Part shown: positions 48,501 to 59,100 of the stretch, in pieces
Layout: each line of letters begins with the position of its first letter
Numbering within the stretch: the stretch's first letter is position 1
NCBI GenBank assembly: GCA_002269645.1
Contig: NIVC01000666.1
Span: 248,001-312,000, forward strand
Reading direction: 5' to 3'
DNA from: Macrostomum lignano
Taxonomy: Eukaryota
DNA: 64,000 bases
The notes under the pieces: model-generated
What the model saw: the letters and a program-made list of their open reading frames with translations, nothing else
Told to the model about the DNA's origin: nothing
Database searches by the model: none
Translations under genes and position numbers: made by a program

Positions 48501-51500
48501 GAACAGGCGGTCGTAGATGGCCTTGGCCAGGGCGTCCCTGGCGTAGGTGGCCTGCGGCAAGTCGTAGGCCTTATCGACCGAGTCGCTGGCCGTCACAATG
48601 CGCCGGGAGGTCAGCGCCTTGACGAGGCCGTCGGGCGGCACTCTGAGCAGGCCGGCGAGCTGCGCCACGGCCTGGCGGCACGAGGACTTCACCCGAACCG
48701 AGCTGTTGCTCCGGTCCTCCGGGTCGGCCTCGTACTCCATGTTGCCCTGCGAGTTTGAGTAACCCCCGAATTAGGCTGCCTGTCTACGGGAATTCGAGTT
48801 CAAGACCAACAGTGGCAGGTGACTCACCAGCAGCATGACGGCAGCGGTGACCCTCAGGCAGCTGTCCTTCTCGTCCGATGAGAACTGAACGGAGTCCATG
48901 GCCTGCGTCACTTTGCGGAAGTTGGCGGCGTCCTCCTTCTGAAGGGAGGCGGGTGTGGTCAGTGAGCAAATCTGTGTGGTGAATCCGTGAGTGAGTGATT
49001 GAATCATACCTGAAGTGATTGAATCCGTGAGTGATTGAATCCGTGAGTGAGTGAATCAGTGAGTGAATCAGTGAGTGAATCAGTGAGTGAATCAGTGAGT
49101 GAATCAGTGAGTGAATCAGTGAGTGAATCAGTTAGTGAATCAGTTAGTGAATCAGTGAGTGAATCAGTGAGTGAATCAGTGAGTGAATCAGTGAGTGAAT
49201 CAGTTAGTGAATCAGTTAGTGAATCAGTGAGTGAATCAGTGAGTGAATCAGTTAGTGAATCAGTGAGTGAATCAGTGAGTGAATCAGTGAGTGAATCAGT
49301 TAGTGAATCAGTGAGTGAATCAGTGAGTGAATCAGTTAGTGAATCAGTTAGTGAATCAGTTAGTGAATCAGTGAGTGAATCAGTTAGTGAATCAGTGAGT
49401 GAATCAGTTAGTGAATCAGTTAGTGAATCAGTGAGTGAATCAGTGAGTGAATCAGTTAGTGAATCAGTGAGTGAATCAGTCAGTGAATCAGTCAGTGAAT
49501 CAGTCAGTGAATCGGTCGGTCAGATAGGTATGTAAATCAGTGAGTTTGGTGAGTGAGCCAGCGAGATTGGTGAGTGAGTCAGTGAATCGGTGAGTGAGTC
49601 AGTGAATTGGTGAGTGAGTCAGTGAATCGGTGAGTGAGTCAGTGAATCGGTGAGTGAGTCAGTGAATTGGTGAGTGAGTCAGTGAATCGGTGAGTGAGTC
49701 AGTGAATCGGTGAGTGAGTCAGTGAATCGGTAAGTGAGTCAGTGAATCGGTGAGTGAGTCAGTGAATCGGTGAGTGAGTCAGTGAATCGGTGAGTGAGTC
49801 AGTGAATCGGTGAGTGAGTCAGTGAATCGGTGAGTGAGTCAGTGAATTGGTGAGTGAGTCAGTGAATCGGTGAGTGAGTCAGTGAATCGGTAAGTGAGTC
49901 AGTGAATCGGTGAGTGAGTCAGTGAATCGGTAAGTGAGTCAGTGAATCGGTGAGTGAGTCAGTGAATCGGTGAGTGAGTCATTGAATCGGTGAGTGAGTC
50001 AGCTCACCCCCAGCGCAGCGCAGCCGCCCTGCACCAGATACGCGAAGTCGCGCAGGGAGCCCTGCGGCAGGCCCAGCCGTTTTCTCTCCGTCTCGGGCAG
50101 CCCCGCCAGCATCTGGTAGAAAATGTGAAAGTTGCGCTCCCCAGCCTGCTGGTGCACAACGCGGCTCTTCTCCAGCAGGTAGTTCCGCATGCTGCCACCG
50201 GCGGGGTCGCCTTTGAAGTCGAACATGATGTCCATGTACTTGCCGAACCGGCTGGAGTTGTCGTTCCGCGTTGTCTGCGCGTTGCCGTAGGCCTCCAGCA
50301 GGCTGGTGGACTGGATGAGGATCTCCGCTACCCTGGATGAAGATCATTGTGTGAGTCATCGGAGTGCTGGGATCATTGTGTGAGTCATCGGAGTGCTGGG
50401 ATCATTGTGTGAGTCATCGAGTGCTGGGATCATTGTGAGTCATCGAGTGCTGGGATCATTGTGAGTCATCGAGTGCTGGGATCATTGTGAGTCATCGAAT
50501 TTGGGTCATAGAATCGGGGGCATTGTGGGTCATAGAATCGGGAGCATTATGGGTCATACATGTATAATCTGGAGCATTGTGGGTCATAGAATCTGGAGCA
50601 TTGTTGGTCATAGAATCTGGAGCATTGTGGGTCATAGAATCTGGAGCATTGTTGATCATAGAATCTGGAGCATTGTGGGTCATAGAATCTGGAGCATTGT
50701 GGGTCATAGAATCTGGAGCATTGTGGGTCATAGAATCTGGAGCATTGTGGGTCATAGAATCTGGAGCATTGTTGGTCATAGAATCTGGAGCATTGTGGGT
50801 CATAGAATCTGGAGCATTGTAGATCATAGAATCTGGAGCATTGTGGGTCATAGAATCTGGAGCATTGTGGGTCATAGAATCTGGAGCATTGTGGGTCATA
50901 GAATCTGGAGCATTGTTGGTCATAGAATCTGGAGCATTGTGGGTCATAGAATCTGGAGCATTGTGGGTCATAGAATCTGGAGCATTGTGGGTCATAGAAT
51001 CTGGAGCATTGTGGGTCATAGAATCTGGAGCATTGTGGGTCATAGAATCGGGAGCATTGTGGGTCATAGAATCTGGAGCATTGTGGGTCATAGAATCTGG
51101 AGCATTGTTAGTCATAGAATCTGGAGCATTGTGGGTCATAGAATCTGGAGCATTGTGGGTCATAGAATCTGGAGCATTGTGGGTCATAGAATCTGGAGCA
51201 TTGTGGGTCATAGAATCTGGAGCATTGTGGGTCATAGAATCTGGAGCATTGTGGGTCATAGAATCGGGAGCATTGTGGGTCACAGAATCTGGAGCATTGT
51301 GGGTCATATAATCTGGAGCATTGTGGGTCACAGAATCTGGAGCATTGTTGGTCATAGAATCTGGAGCATTGTGGGTCATAGAATCTGGAGCATTGTGGGT
51401 CATAGAATCTGGAGCATTGTGGGTCATAGAATCTGGAGCATTGTGGGTCATAGAATCGGGAGCATTGTTGGTCATAGAATCTGGAGCATTGTGGGTCATA

Positions 51501-53426
51501 GAATCTGGAGCATTGTTGGTCATAGAATCTGGAGCATTGTTGGTCATAGAATCTGGAGCATTGTGGGTCATATAATCTGGAGCATTGTTGGTCATAGAAT
51601 CTGGAGCATTGTTGGTCATAGAATCTGGAGCATTGTGGGTCATATAATCGGGAGCATTGTGGGTCATAGAATCGAGAGTATTGTGAGTCACAAGAAGAAC
51701 AAGAAATGAAAGTCAATATTAACAATCGCGATATAATAAAAAATAAAAGCACAGAAATTGGTGAGTTTGATTAAGTGCAGACTTCCTCACAAGGCCTGAG
51801 TCACAAGCCGTGAGCTGCCAGTCCCATAGCCGGGTCAGGGCGTGCAGATTGCGCAAAAACTGCAACCACCTTCCCTCAGCTAATAGACGGAGACCGGAAA
51901 ACCTGGGGCATAGAAATTGCAACATTTTCGCTACATTTCAATTTGCTGCATTCGAGTCCGAGAAATGAATGAGCGCCTTGGGCCGCACACCTCATTTCTT
52001 CATCTTTTAGTTTTACTTTTCAGATTGTTTTGTTTTAGTTTTCGTCGCGATTGTTGTTTAGTATAGTGGAAGAAAAATGAAACTACTACAGTTAATAAAA
52101 ATTTAAATACGCATTTAATCATAAAGCTATAACAAAAGTACACATCAATAAGACAACTCTCGTATCATTGTACTTCGTGTTAGATTTTTATTTCATTTTT
52201 AAAGTACATGTGCACTTTTGTCGGAGAAAAGTCAAAGTCTGAATAATATTGCATTAAAAAGGCTTAGAGACTTTTCATCGAGCAAATATTAGTACACATG
52301 TACTTTTGTCTAAAAGTACACAGCAGTACTAACCGATCCACCTGAGCTCGAACTCGCTGCCGATCGATCGATCGACTCTGCCGGGAGCCGGCGGGTGCGG
52401 CCCCAGCACCGAAGGCGGCATTGTGGGCTAAATACTGCAGAATGACTTTGCTGGCCTCTGTCTTGCCAGAACCGCTCTCACCGGAGATCAGAATGCAGGT
52501 GTCCTGCCCGAATCTGGCCAGAGTTTTGTGCGCCGTGTCCGCCACCCAATAGATGTGCGGCGGCCGCTCGTAGCGCTCTCGGTTTCGATAGTCCGCAATG
52601 TACTTTTCAGTGTAGAGCTGCAGGTCTCGATAGGGGTTCACGGAGACCAGAATCTCGCCAATATAGGTGTAGATCTTGTTCTTAGCGAATCTATGATGGT
52701 TTAATGTTCAAATTACAGTTATAGGACCAAGTTTTCTAAAATAAGCAGATATCAATTTTTCAATTCACATCTAAGTAAAAGCCAAACCCAAAGGCTGAAT
52801 TACTTCTTTTGACTAAAATGCAAGTATGCATAAAAAAAAATATTTCAATCAAAATTAACTAAATTTATAACAAAATTTTACATTTTCTGTCCTAAAATGA
52901 ACTAAAATTACATCAAGTAAGTATAAAGTTAACAAATCGAATAAGTAAGTTTTAAAAGCTAAAATCTAAAATTCAATAAACCATTTAAATAGAGCAACTT
53001 TTCTAAATCTACTGCTAAGTAAATACTGATAATAAATATCCTCTTTTATCAAAGAATTGCAGCCTAATTTTTTGGTAACTAAATTAGGTATAGTCCAAAA
53101 CATCTTCCATACATATTTCTTCAATCTTCAACACTACAAATCTTCAACACTACAAAAAATTAAATGAACAAAATACAGCCTTTCATAATAAAGAGAACTA
53201 AAAATTATTAGCTACATTTCAACTGGTTAAAGTAAGTCTTTGCTTCACGTTTTTTATCAAGAAAACAGCGGAAAATATATGCGTAAAACGGCACTTATTT
53301 TGTGCCAGGATGGCGGTTGTGGACTCACCGTTCTTGAAGGTTTTCGACAATGTCCTCGTTGGTAAGAGTGTCGTATAAAATAAAATCAGATATTCCAACT
53401 CTATCTTCGTTGCTCTGCCCTTCCAT
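36539..53426 (-). CDS. MYO1D: Class I myosin, MYO1D/G type; exons complement(53329-53426, 52334-52690, 50008-50332, 48828-48938, 48376-48746, 47449-47563, 41899-42221, 39569-40088, 38607-38672, 37305-37949, 36539-36793); ~1061 aa
   Basis: [18 protein letters not shown]-like [10 protein letters not shown]-loop [34 protein letters not shown] motifs and a TH1 tail ([20 protein letters not shown]); all phases agree. Assignment to subclass D rather than G is by resemblance only. Confidence 0.93.
36850..37300. repeat. 23-bp minisatellite (ATATCCGCTCCCCATCCGCCCCA), myosin intron 10
   Basis: Tandem copies. Confidence 0.94.
39235..39550. repeat. 20-bp pyrimidine minisatellite (CCCTTCATCTCCCTTCCCGT), myosin intron 8
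   Basis: Tandem copies. Confidence 0.92.
40095..40520. repeat. 31/33-bp minisatellite (GTGTTTATGGAGGCCGGGTCTGGTCTAGAGC), myosin intron 7
   Basis: Tandem copies. Confidence 0.95.
41120..41890. repeat. 38-bp minisatellite (GGGTAGACAGGCACAATCTACAGAAAGGTAGATAGGAR), myosin intron 7
   Basis: Tandem copies. Confidence 0.96.
42275..43660. repeat. Two adjacent 20-bp minisatellites (GGGATCACGTAGGATCAATT; GAGAGTCAGTTAGGGTCACT), myosin intron 6
   Basis: Tandem copies; switch near 42560. Confidence 0.96.
44060..47375. repeat. Three polypurine arrays (44060-45110 mixed; 45950-46485 15-bp GGGAGAGGCACAGAA; 46930-47375 12-bp GGGAGAGAGGAA), myosin intron 6
   Basis: Purine-rich tandem arrays separated by unique blocks. 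Confidence 0.95.
47690..48330. repeat. 15/16/23-bp minisatellite built on ACTCAAACCTGAAG, myosin intron 5
   Basis: Tandem copies with three unit lengths. Confidence 0.95.
49030..50005. repeat. 12-bp (GTGAGTGAATCA) and 20-bp (CAGTGAATCGGTGAGTGAGT) minisatellites, myosin intron 3
   Basis: Tandem copies. Confidence 0.96.
50335..51690. repeat. 27-bp minisatellite (GGGTCATAGAATCTGGAGCATTGTG-type) plus a related ~27-30-bp array, myosin intron 2
   Basis: Tandem copies; source of the MTHNAPDS pseudo-ORF. Confidence 0.96.
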
Positions 53427-54767
53427 AATGAAGGCTTCGGGTGATTAAATTACAAAAAGTTCAATTTTCCGACACAGAAAAACATTAGCTAAGTATCACG
53501 CAGGCTGAGCTTTTTTGAAGTAAAGCAGGTGCAGTGGGCGAGCTCACGCGCTATATTGAGGGTTCATGGAAAGATTAAAATTTAAAAAGAAATCCACTTT
53601 TTGTCTAAATTATTAGTTATCAAGCAAATAAAATATACCAAATTTAATTTATACTTTTACTAGAATCTATAATTGTAATAATTACAGAATCAACTCGCGC
53701 TTCTGAACTTGCTTCTGTGATTTTTGTTTTAATCTTTGAAGAAATTTCATGCATTTTTCATTTTCATGCATTTTTCATTTTTCATTTTTCATGCAAATTT
53801 CACGCATTTTTTTTATTTTTAGGTGCAGGAAATGTATATAGACTTAAAAATTGACACAGAATCCTTAATTTTCTGACGGAAAAGATTTTTGAATATCAAT
53901 AGAGCTATAAGAAAGGCACAACGTACATATCAAAAGACGAACATTGGGTCTGCCTCCTATCTAAAGCAATAATAATTTTTGCTGAAAAATGAAAGCTTCC
54001 TATCTTCGTAGTGTATTTTTCGGCGAAAAGAATCCTTCAAAACATTTTCCATGGATTTCGAGTGTTGCGTCCTTCTACTTTTTAGTAGCACTTGGCCCAG
54101 AGATGCATAAATACACATATACATGTACATGTACGATCGAGTAGCCTGAATATGAGAACATACATTTAATGCACCCGCGTACTGGCACCCGCGTACTGTA
54201 CATGTACTAATGCGTCTGTGTGGCTGCTCGGAGACCATGCAGCAAAAATGGTAAACTGTACTGTAACTGCTTGCTTGATCCAATTCAATTGCTGGCTGGC
54301 TGGGGGCCGCGTCAGCTGTGACCCGCAAGTGCTCAAAGCCTTCTGCAAACAGACAAATTAAACCAAAATCAATCATCTATCTGCTTGCCTCGCATAACTG
54401 GCCAACAAAAATCTTTAAACAGCAGGAAGGTTGCTTTTAAAGAAAAAAAATAATTCACAGAGGTAATTAAAATAAGATTTGATTATTGTAATATTTAGAT
54501 ATTTAGATATTAAATAGAAAGAACAATGTGTACCTGAAATAACAATTTTAAGTTTATTAATTAGTTAATTATAAATATTAATTTAATGCTGAATAAATGA
54601 TTTACGATAAAATAAAAATTTAATAGTCCTGGAAAATACTCGTAAAATGTGTCTCAAAAGCAAGCCAAAAACAAAGATCTTGACTAAAATATCAAAGATT
54701 GACCATTCTGCAGGAAATTCTGAAGAGTCTTTAACAGTAGGAATAAAAAGCCATTTTTCGGCCCGTC

Positions 54768-55407
54768 GAACTACCAAGAGGGGGAATTCCCCCCCCCCCA
54801 ACAATTTTTTTGCTGCGCCTTATTGGAGAAACGCAGGCAAACGAAATTCAAGAACACGGGCCAACTTTCTGTTGCGCACCTTTTCAAAAAAGAATCAAGC
54901 CGCCAGCCCTCCAGACCGTCGAGACATTCAACGACTCTGCCAGAAGGTCGGATCCCTCCCATAAGTGCTAGTGTTTTCAGTAGTGTATTCAGGCTTGCCC
55001 ACTGTCAAGGCTTGATAGGTGAAACTTGAGAAATTCGCATCAGGGTGCCCATAGTCACCTGGTGCCACCTGTTGAAGGTCCAGAAGCTCCGCCTGGGTGA
55101 AGGCTAGTGACCAACGAAGTTACAGCTGATGCAGACACATGTGGTCGACGTGCTGATGAAATTTGGAGGCTTGGCAAGGCTGCACTGAGGTGCAGTGCTG
55201 GTTGGCGCACATGGGTGTACTGAATACACTAGCGCTTATGGAAAAAATCCGACCTTCTGGCAGAACCGTCGAACATCTCGACGGTCTGGAGGGCTGGCGA
55301 CTTGATTCCCGTTTGAGAAGGTGCGCAATTGAATTTCGTGTGCCTGCGTTGCTCCAATACGGCGCAGCAAAAAAATTGTCAGGGGGGATTCCCCCTCTTG
55401 GTAGTTC
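54768..55407. mobile_element. MITE-like element with ~200-bp terminal inverted repeats (GAACTACCAAGAGG...CCTCTTGGTAGTTC)
   Basis: Arms ~54768-54985 and ~55215-55407 are reverse complements (mirrored IRPSGR..LDGLEGWRLDS ORFs); non-coding interior. Confidence 0.85.
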
Positions 55408-56135
55408 TACTGTTAAGTATATTATAAGAGGATACTAGAAGGTTATTCGAATTTATAGTGGTTTTTGTGTGCTGATACAGGATGGTGCAAGCAAAAATAT
55501 ATAGTAGCATGCTTAGCAGGGAGAAATGGTATCTTTAGAATGCTGACTGAATTCTGAATCGAACTCTTTCTCATCTCGGGTTCCAACGATTAACGAATGA
55601 AGGCCATCAAATGAGGCCATTTTTTTTGTCATCATTTTTCAAATTTAAGCAATGCTACAATGGATCATTCAATAGTAACACGACCTTATGAATGGCACTT
55701 GAAGGTGAAAAACAAGCATATCAATTGGTTTGATTCAGTGGTTTTGTCAGCATCCGGTCTCAGGGATCCATTCTACGAGCTTAAGTTCAAATATCAACAA
55801 AATGTTCATCTGTTTCCTTTTAGACCTTACGAGCGTAGGACCGAATAGGAAGCACTTAGATTGGAATTCTAGAAGCTAGGTGGCTCTAAACCAATCCTAG
55901 AATAAAGTATCACTTGTCTTAGTTTGGGCTTTGGGGTCCATTGATCGAGGTGCTGAAGTTACCACTATTGGTCAAAGAAAAATTACGTACAAAATCTTAT
56001 CATAGCTCGTAATAAGCTACCAAATTTAATACGAGCGTAAATACAGAAGAAACAGTTAATTTTGGTCAGGACAACCTGCTCAGCAGCAATTTCACCAGTT
56101 ACTCGTAGAGATGCCAGCCTTTCCTAACGCAGTCC

Positions 56136-59100
56136 CTACTGAAACCTGATGAGGTACCTCGGCGCCGCCTGCTCCGGTCGGTACACAATGTACTCATCGT
56201 TCAGCACTCCTCCTGTGCCCTTCGTGTTCCGTCTGGCGAACACCGAGTCGTAGCCGGCACCATTGACGGCACTCAGGTTCAGGTGGTTCTGCGGCTTGTC
56301 GCACACCATCGTTCTCCCAAGTAGGACGTCGCAGAGCAGAAGCGACATTGTTCCGGACTCGCAACAGTACTGAATACTCTTCGTGGTGTCCGTGGCAAAG
56401 TAGATCCCTGCACCGTACATTCCACGTGAGCCCACCTTGAATCCTTCTTTGATGATGAGCTCGGCGATTGCGTTTCTAGTTCCATGGAAGAACAGCTCTG
56501 GAACGGCGTCCTTCTTGACCAGCTGGCTGCTCACATCCAGAAGACGTCGGTCTAGAGCTGGGTTCTCAATCTTCTCGATGCTCAGAATTGCTCTCACCGT
56601 GACTGAGTGCTCACTCTTGATGTACCGCATCACCCGATCGTGCACTTTGAAGTATTCGACTGCCGTGTTCTCGTCGGTCTCCGTCAGCATTTTTCGCTTG
56701 ATTTCGCTTCCATGAGCTGACTGCAGCTGGCGCAGCCTCATCTGCTTCTCCAAACCCCAACAGGCAGAGCACGACTGACCCTCAAGCAGTCTGGCAAGAG
56801 CGCAGCAAGCAACTGTCTCTTCGTGACCGCACTGAAACTTCTTGGTCACATCGGTGAGACATTCTTCAGAAAGCTCCCAGCACTGACACTCATGGCGACA
56901 GAGTTTCCTAAATGCCTTCTCCGGACATGGAGGACAGGGCGAGGTTGAGCACACAGACTGGCATTTGTGTCCACACGGCAGCGTCTTCTCGCATTGTCTC
57001 TTACACGCAGCCAGCGACGCTGTGGAAGATTGGCTGCACGGAGTTCTGAGCGCGTGATCACACGAGAGCTTCACAGTCCTAATTCGGTCACAATGAGTTT
57101 GATTCTTCCCACACGGACTCCCAAATTGCTCTTTGCATGCGAGGCACCGTTTGGAAACGTTCACGATGCACAGCTGAGGAGAGCAAGTCTCGAAACACTT
57201 CTGTGTGCATTGGTGGCCACACGGCAGCTTCTTGGAGCACGTTTCTGTGCACTTTACGATTTTGTATTTCGTATTTTTCGTATTACTTTGTATTATTTTC
57301 GTATTTCGTATTACTTTCTTCCACTCAAAGCACAGCATTTGCTTCACGTGTCCACACGGCAGAGTCTTTGCAACAGATTCTTGGCATGTTCCAAACGGCT
57401 GGTTGCACAGCTTGGATTGGACGTGGCCGCAGCTCAGCTGAGCTTCGATATTCTGGGTGCAGTGCTTCGAATCACATATTTCTGAGCACTTGAGCGGACA
57501 AGGATGACCACAACTCAGCATGCGAATGCACTTTTCTTCGCATTTCAAGTGCCTAGGGTCTGATGACAAGAAGCACTGGATTTTTGTGGTGTGTGAGCAC
57601 GGCAGCTTCACAATGACCATTTTGTCGCACCGATCATGCTCATGCCAAGGCTGGCACAGCTTCGGACAGACGTGTTCACCACATGGCATGGTTTCCACGC
57701 ACTTGCTTCTGCAGAAGACTCCCTTCATTCTAGACAATTCGGCTGCACTTCTCCAGCTGTGCTCTGTTCCGTGCTTCCGGCACACCACCGGAAAGTCGGA
57801 TCGCAGAACGCCGTCCTCCTCAAAAGCGGTCAGCAGCTGGCTCCACTCGGCGCACTTTCTCAGCAAAGAAGCTTTGCCGATGAAGACCAGACCGCAGTGC
57901 GACCTCGACTGCGCGACGCATCGGCGGTTGAGCGATGCGAGAAATCCGGGCTTCTCGCTGCGAACAAGCGACACCAAGACAATGTCGTTCTCGTCGCCTT
58001 GGTACACATCGATACTGTGCACTTTGATGAAGCCTTCGTTAGCCTCATTCGCGAGTGCTGAACGATTTGAAACGTCTCTCTCCCAATCCTCCAAACGTGG
58101 TCGCAGTTCCCGTCGGATGAGCCGCACCTGGCCCTGATACGGAGTGAGGATGGTGAGCTGGCTTGGCTTGTACCCGAACCTCAGGAACGTCATCGCTACT
58201 TCAACGATCAGCTCTGCCTCACCGTCGTTAACGTAGCTTCGCTCGCCTGACTCCGACATGTTCTTTACGTCCCAGAATGCAACGGCCTTCGGCATGAACG
58301 ATGGAATGTCGTGACCCTTCACGCTGTCTATATTGTCCTGCAGGTCCGGATAGACGTCGAGTTTCAGATACTTGGAAATGTCAGGTCGCATTCGGTTCTG
58401 GAACTGTAAGCAGTCAAACGGAAAACCGCAGTTGATCAGTCTCTCCATCATCGAGACATCCAGGTGGCAGTGCTTCACTAGCTCATAGTTCTCGACGGTC
58501 GGCCGAAGCTGCTTGTGATCACCGATCAGGAAGAGTCGCTCCGTCCAGTCACCAAGACAGCCAAGAAGCATTGGCTCCATGATCTCTGCTGCTTCCTCCA
58601 CAATAACTGTGTTCGGTCTGAGCCTCTTCAGCAACTCGTTATTGATTGAAGCACCCGTGATGGTCATCGCAATCACGTCGACATCTTGACAGATCTTGAC
58701 ATCTCTGTTCAAGTTAGCTTCCTTGTACTCGTCTCGATGTCGTTCATACTGTCTGAACAAAAAGTTCAGTTTGGAGCTGTGTCTCGTCCAAGCTTTGTCA
58801 AAGTGGTCCAACAAGCAACCCTGCATGAACAGAAATCGGTCTTCAGGCTTGAGCTCCCACAGGTTTTGGGTGTAGCGCAACGTATGCCATTTCTCTGAGA
58901 CGATTCGAATCAGTCGTTGGTCCAGTCTCACGGGGCTGGGTTCTTGCTGACTCAAGTTCAGGCTGAAGGTGGTTCGACTGTCTCCTCCTGAAGCCAGAAG
59001 CCGCTCTGTCTTTATCTGTTCCTGTTCGTCGTTGAGTTCGTCCTCTTCTGCCTCTTCGTCAGTCTTATTGGTCGTGCCGCTGCTCGCAGTGCAAGAGCCT

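Noticed and set aside
50492-51752. ~400-aa MTHNAPDS repeat ORF on the myosin sense strand
   Set aside because: 27-bp intronic array; exons 2 and 3 already join in phase (QVDR|VAEIL).
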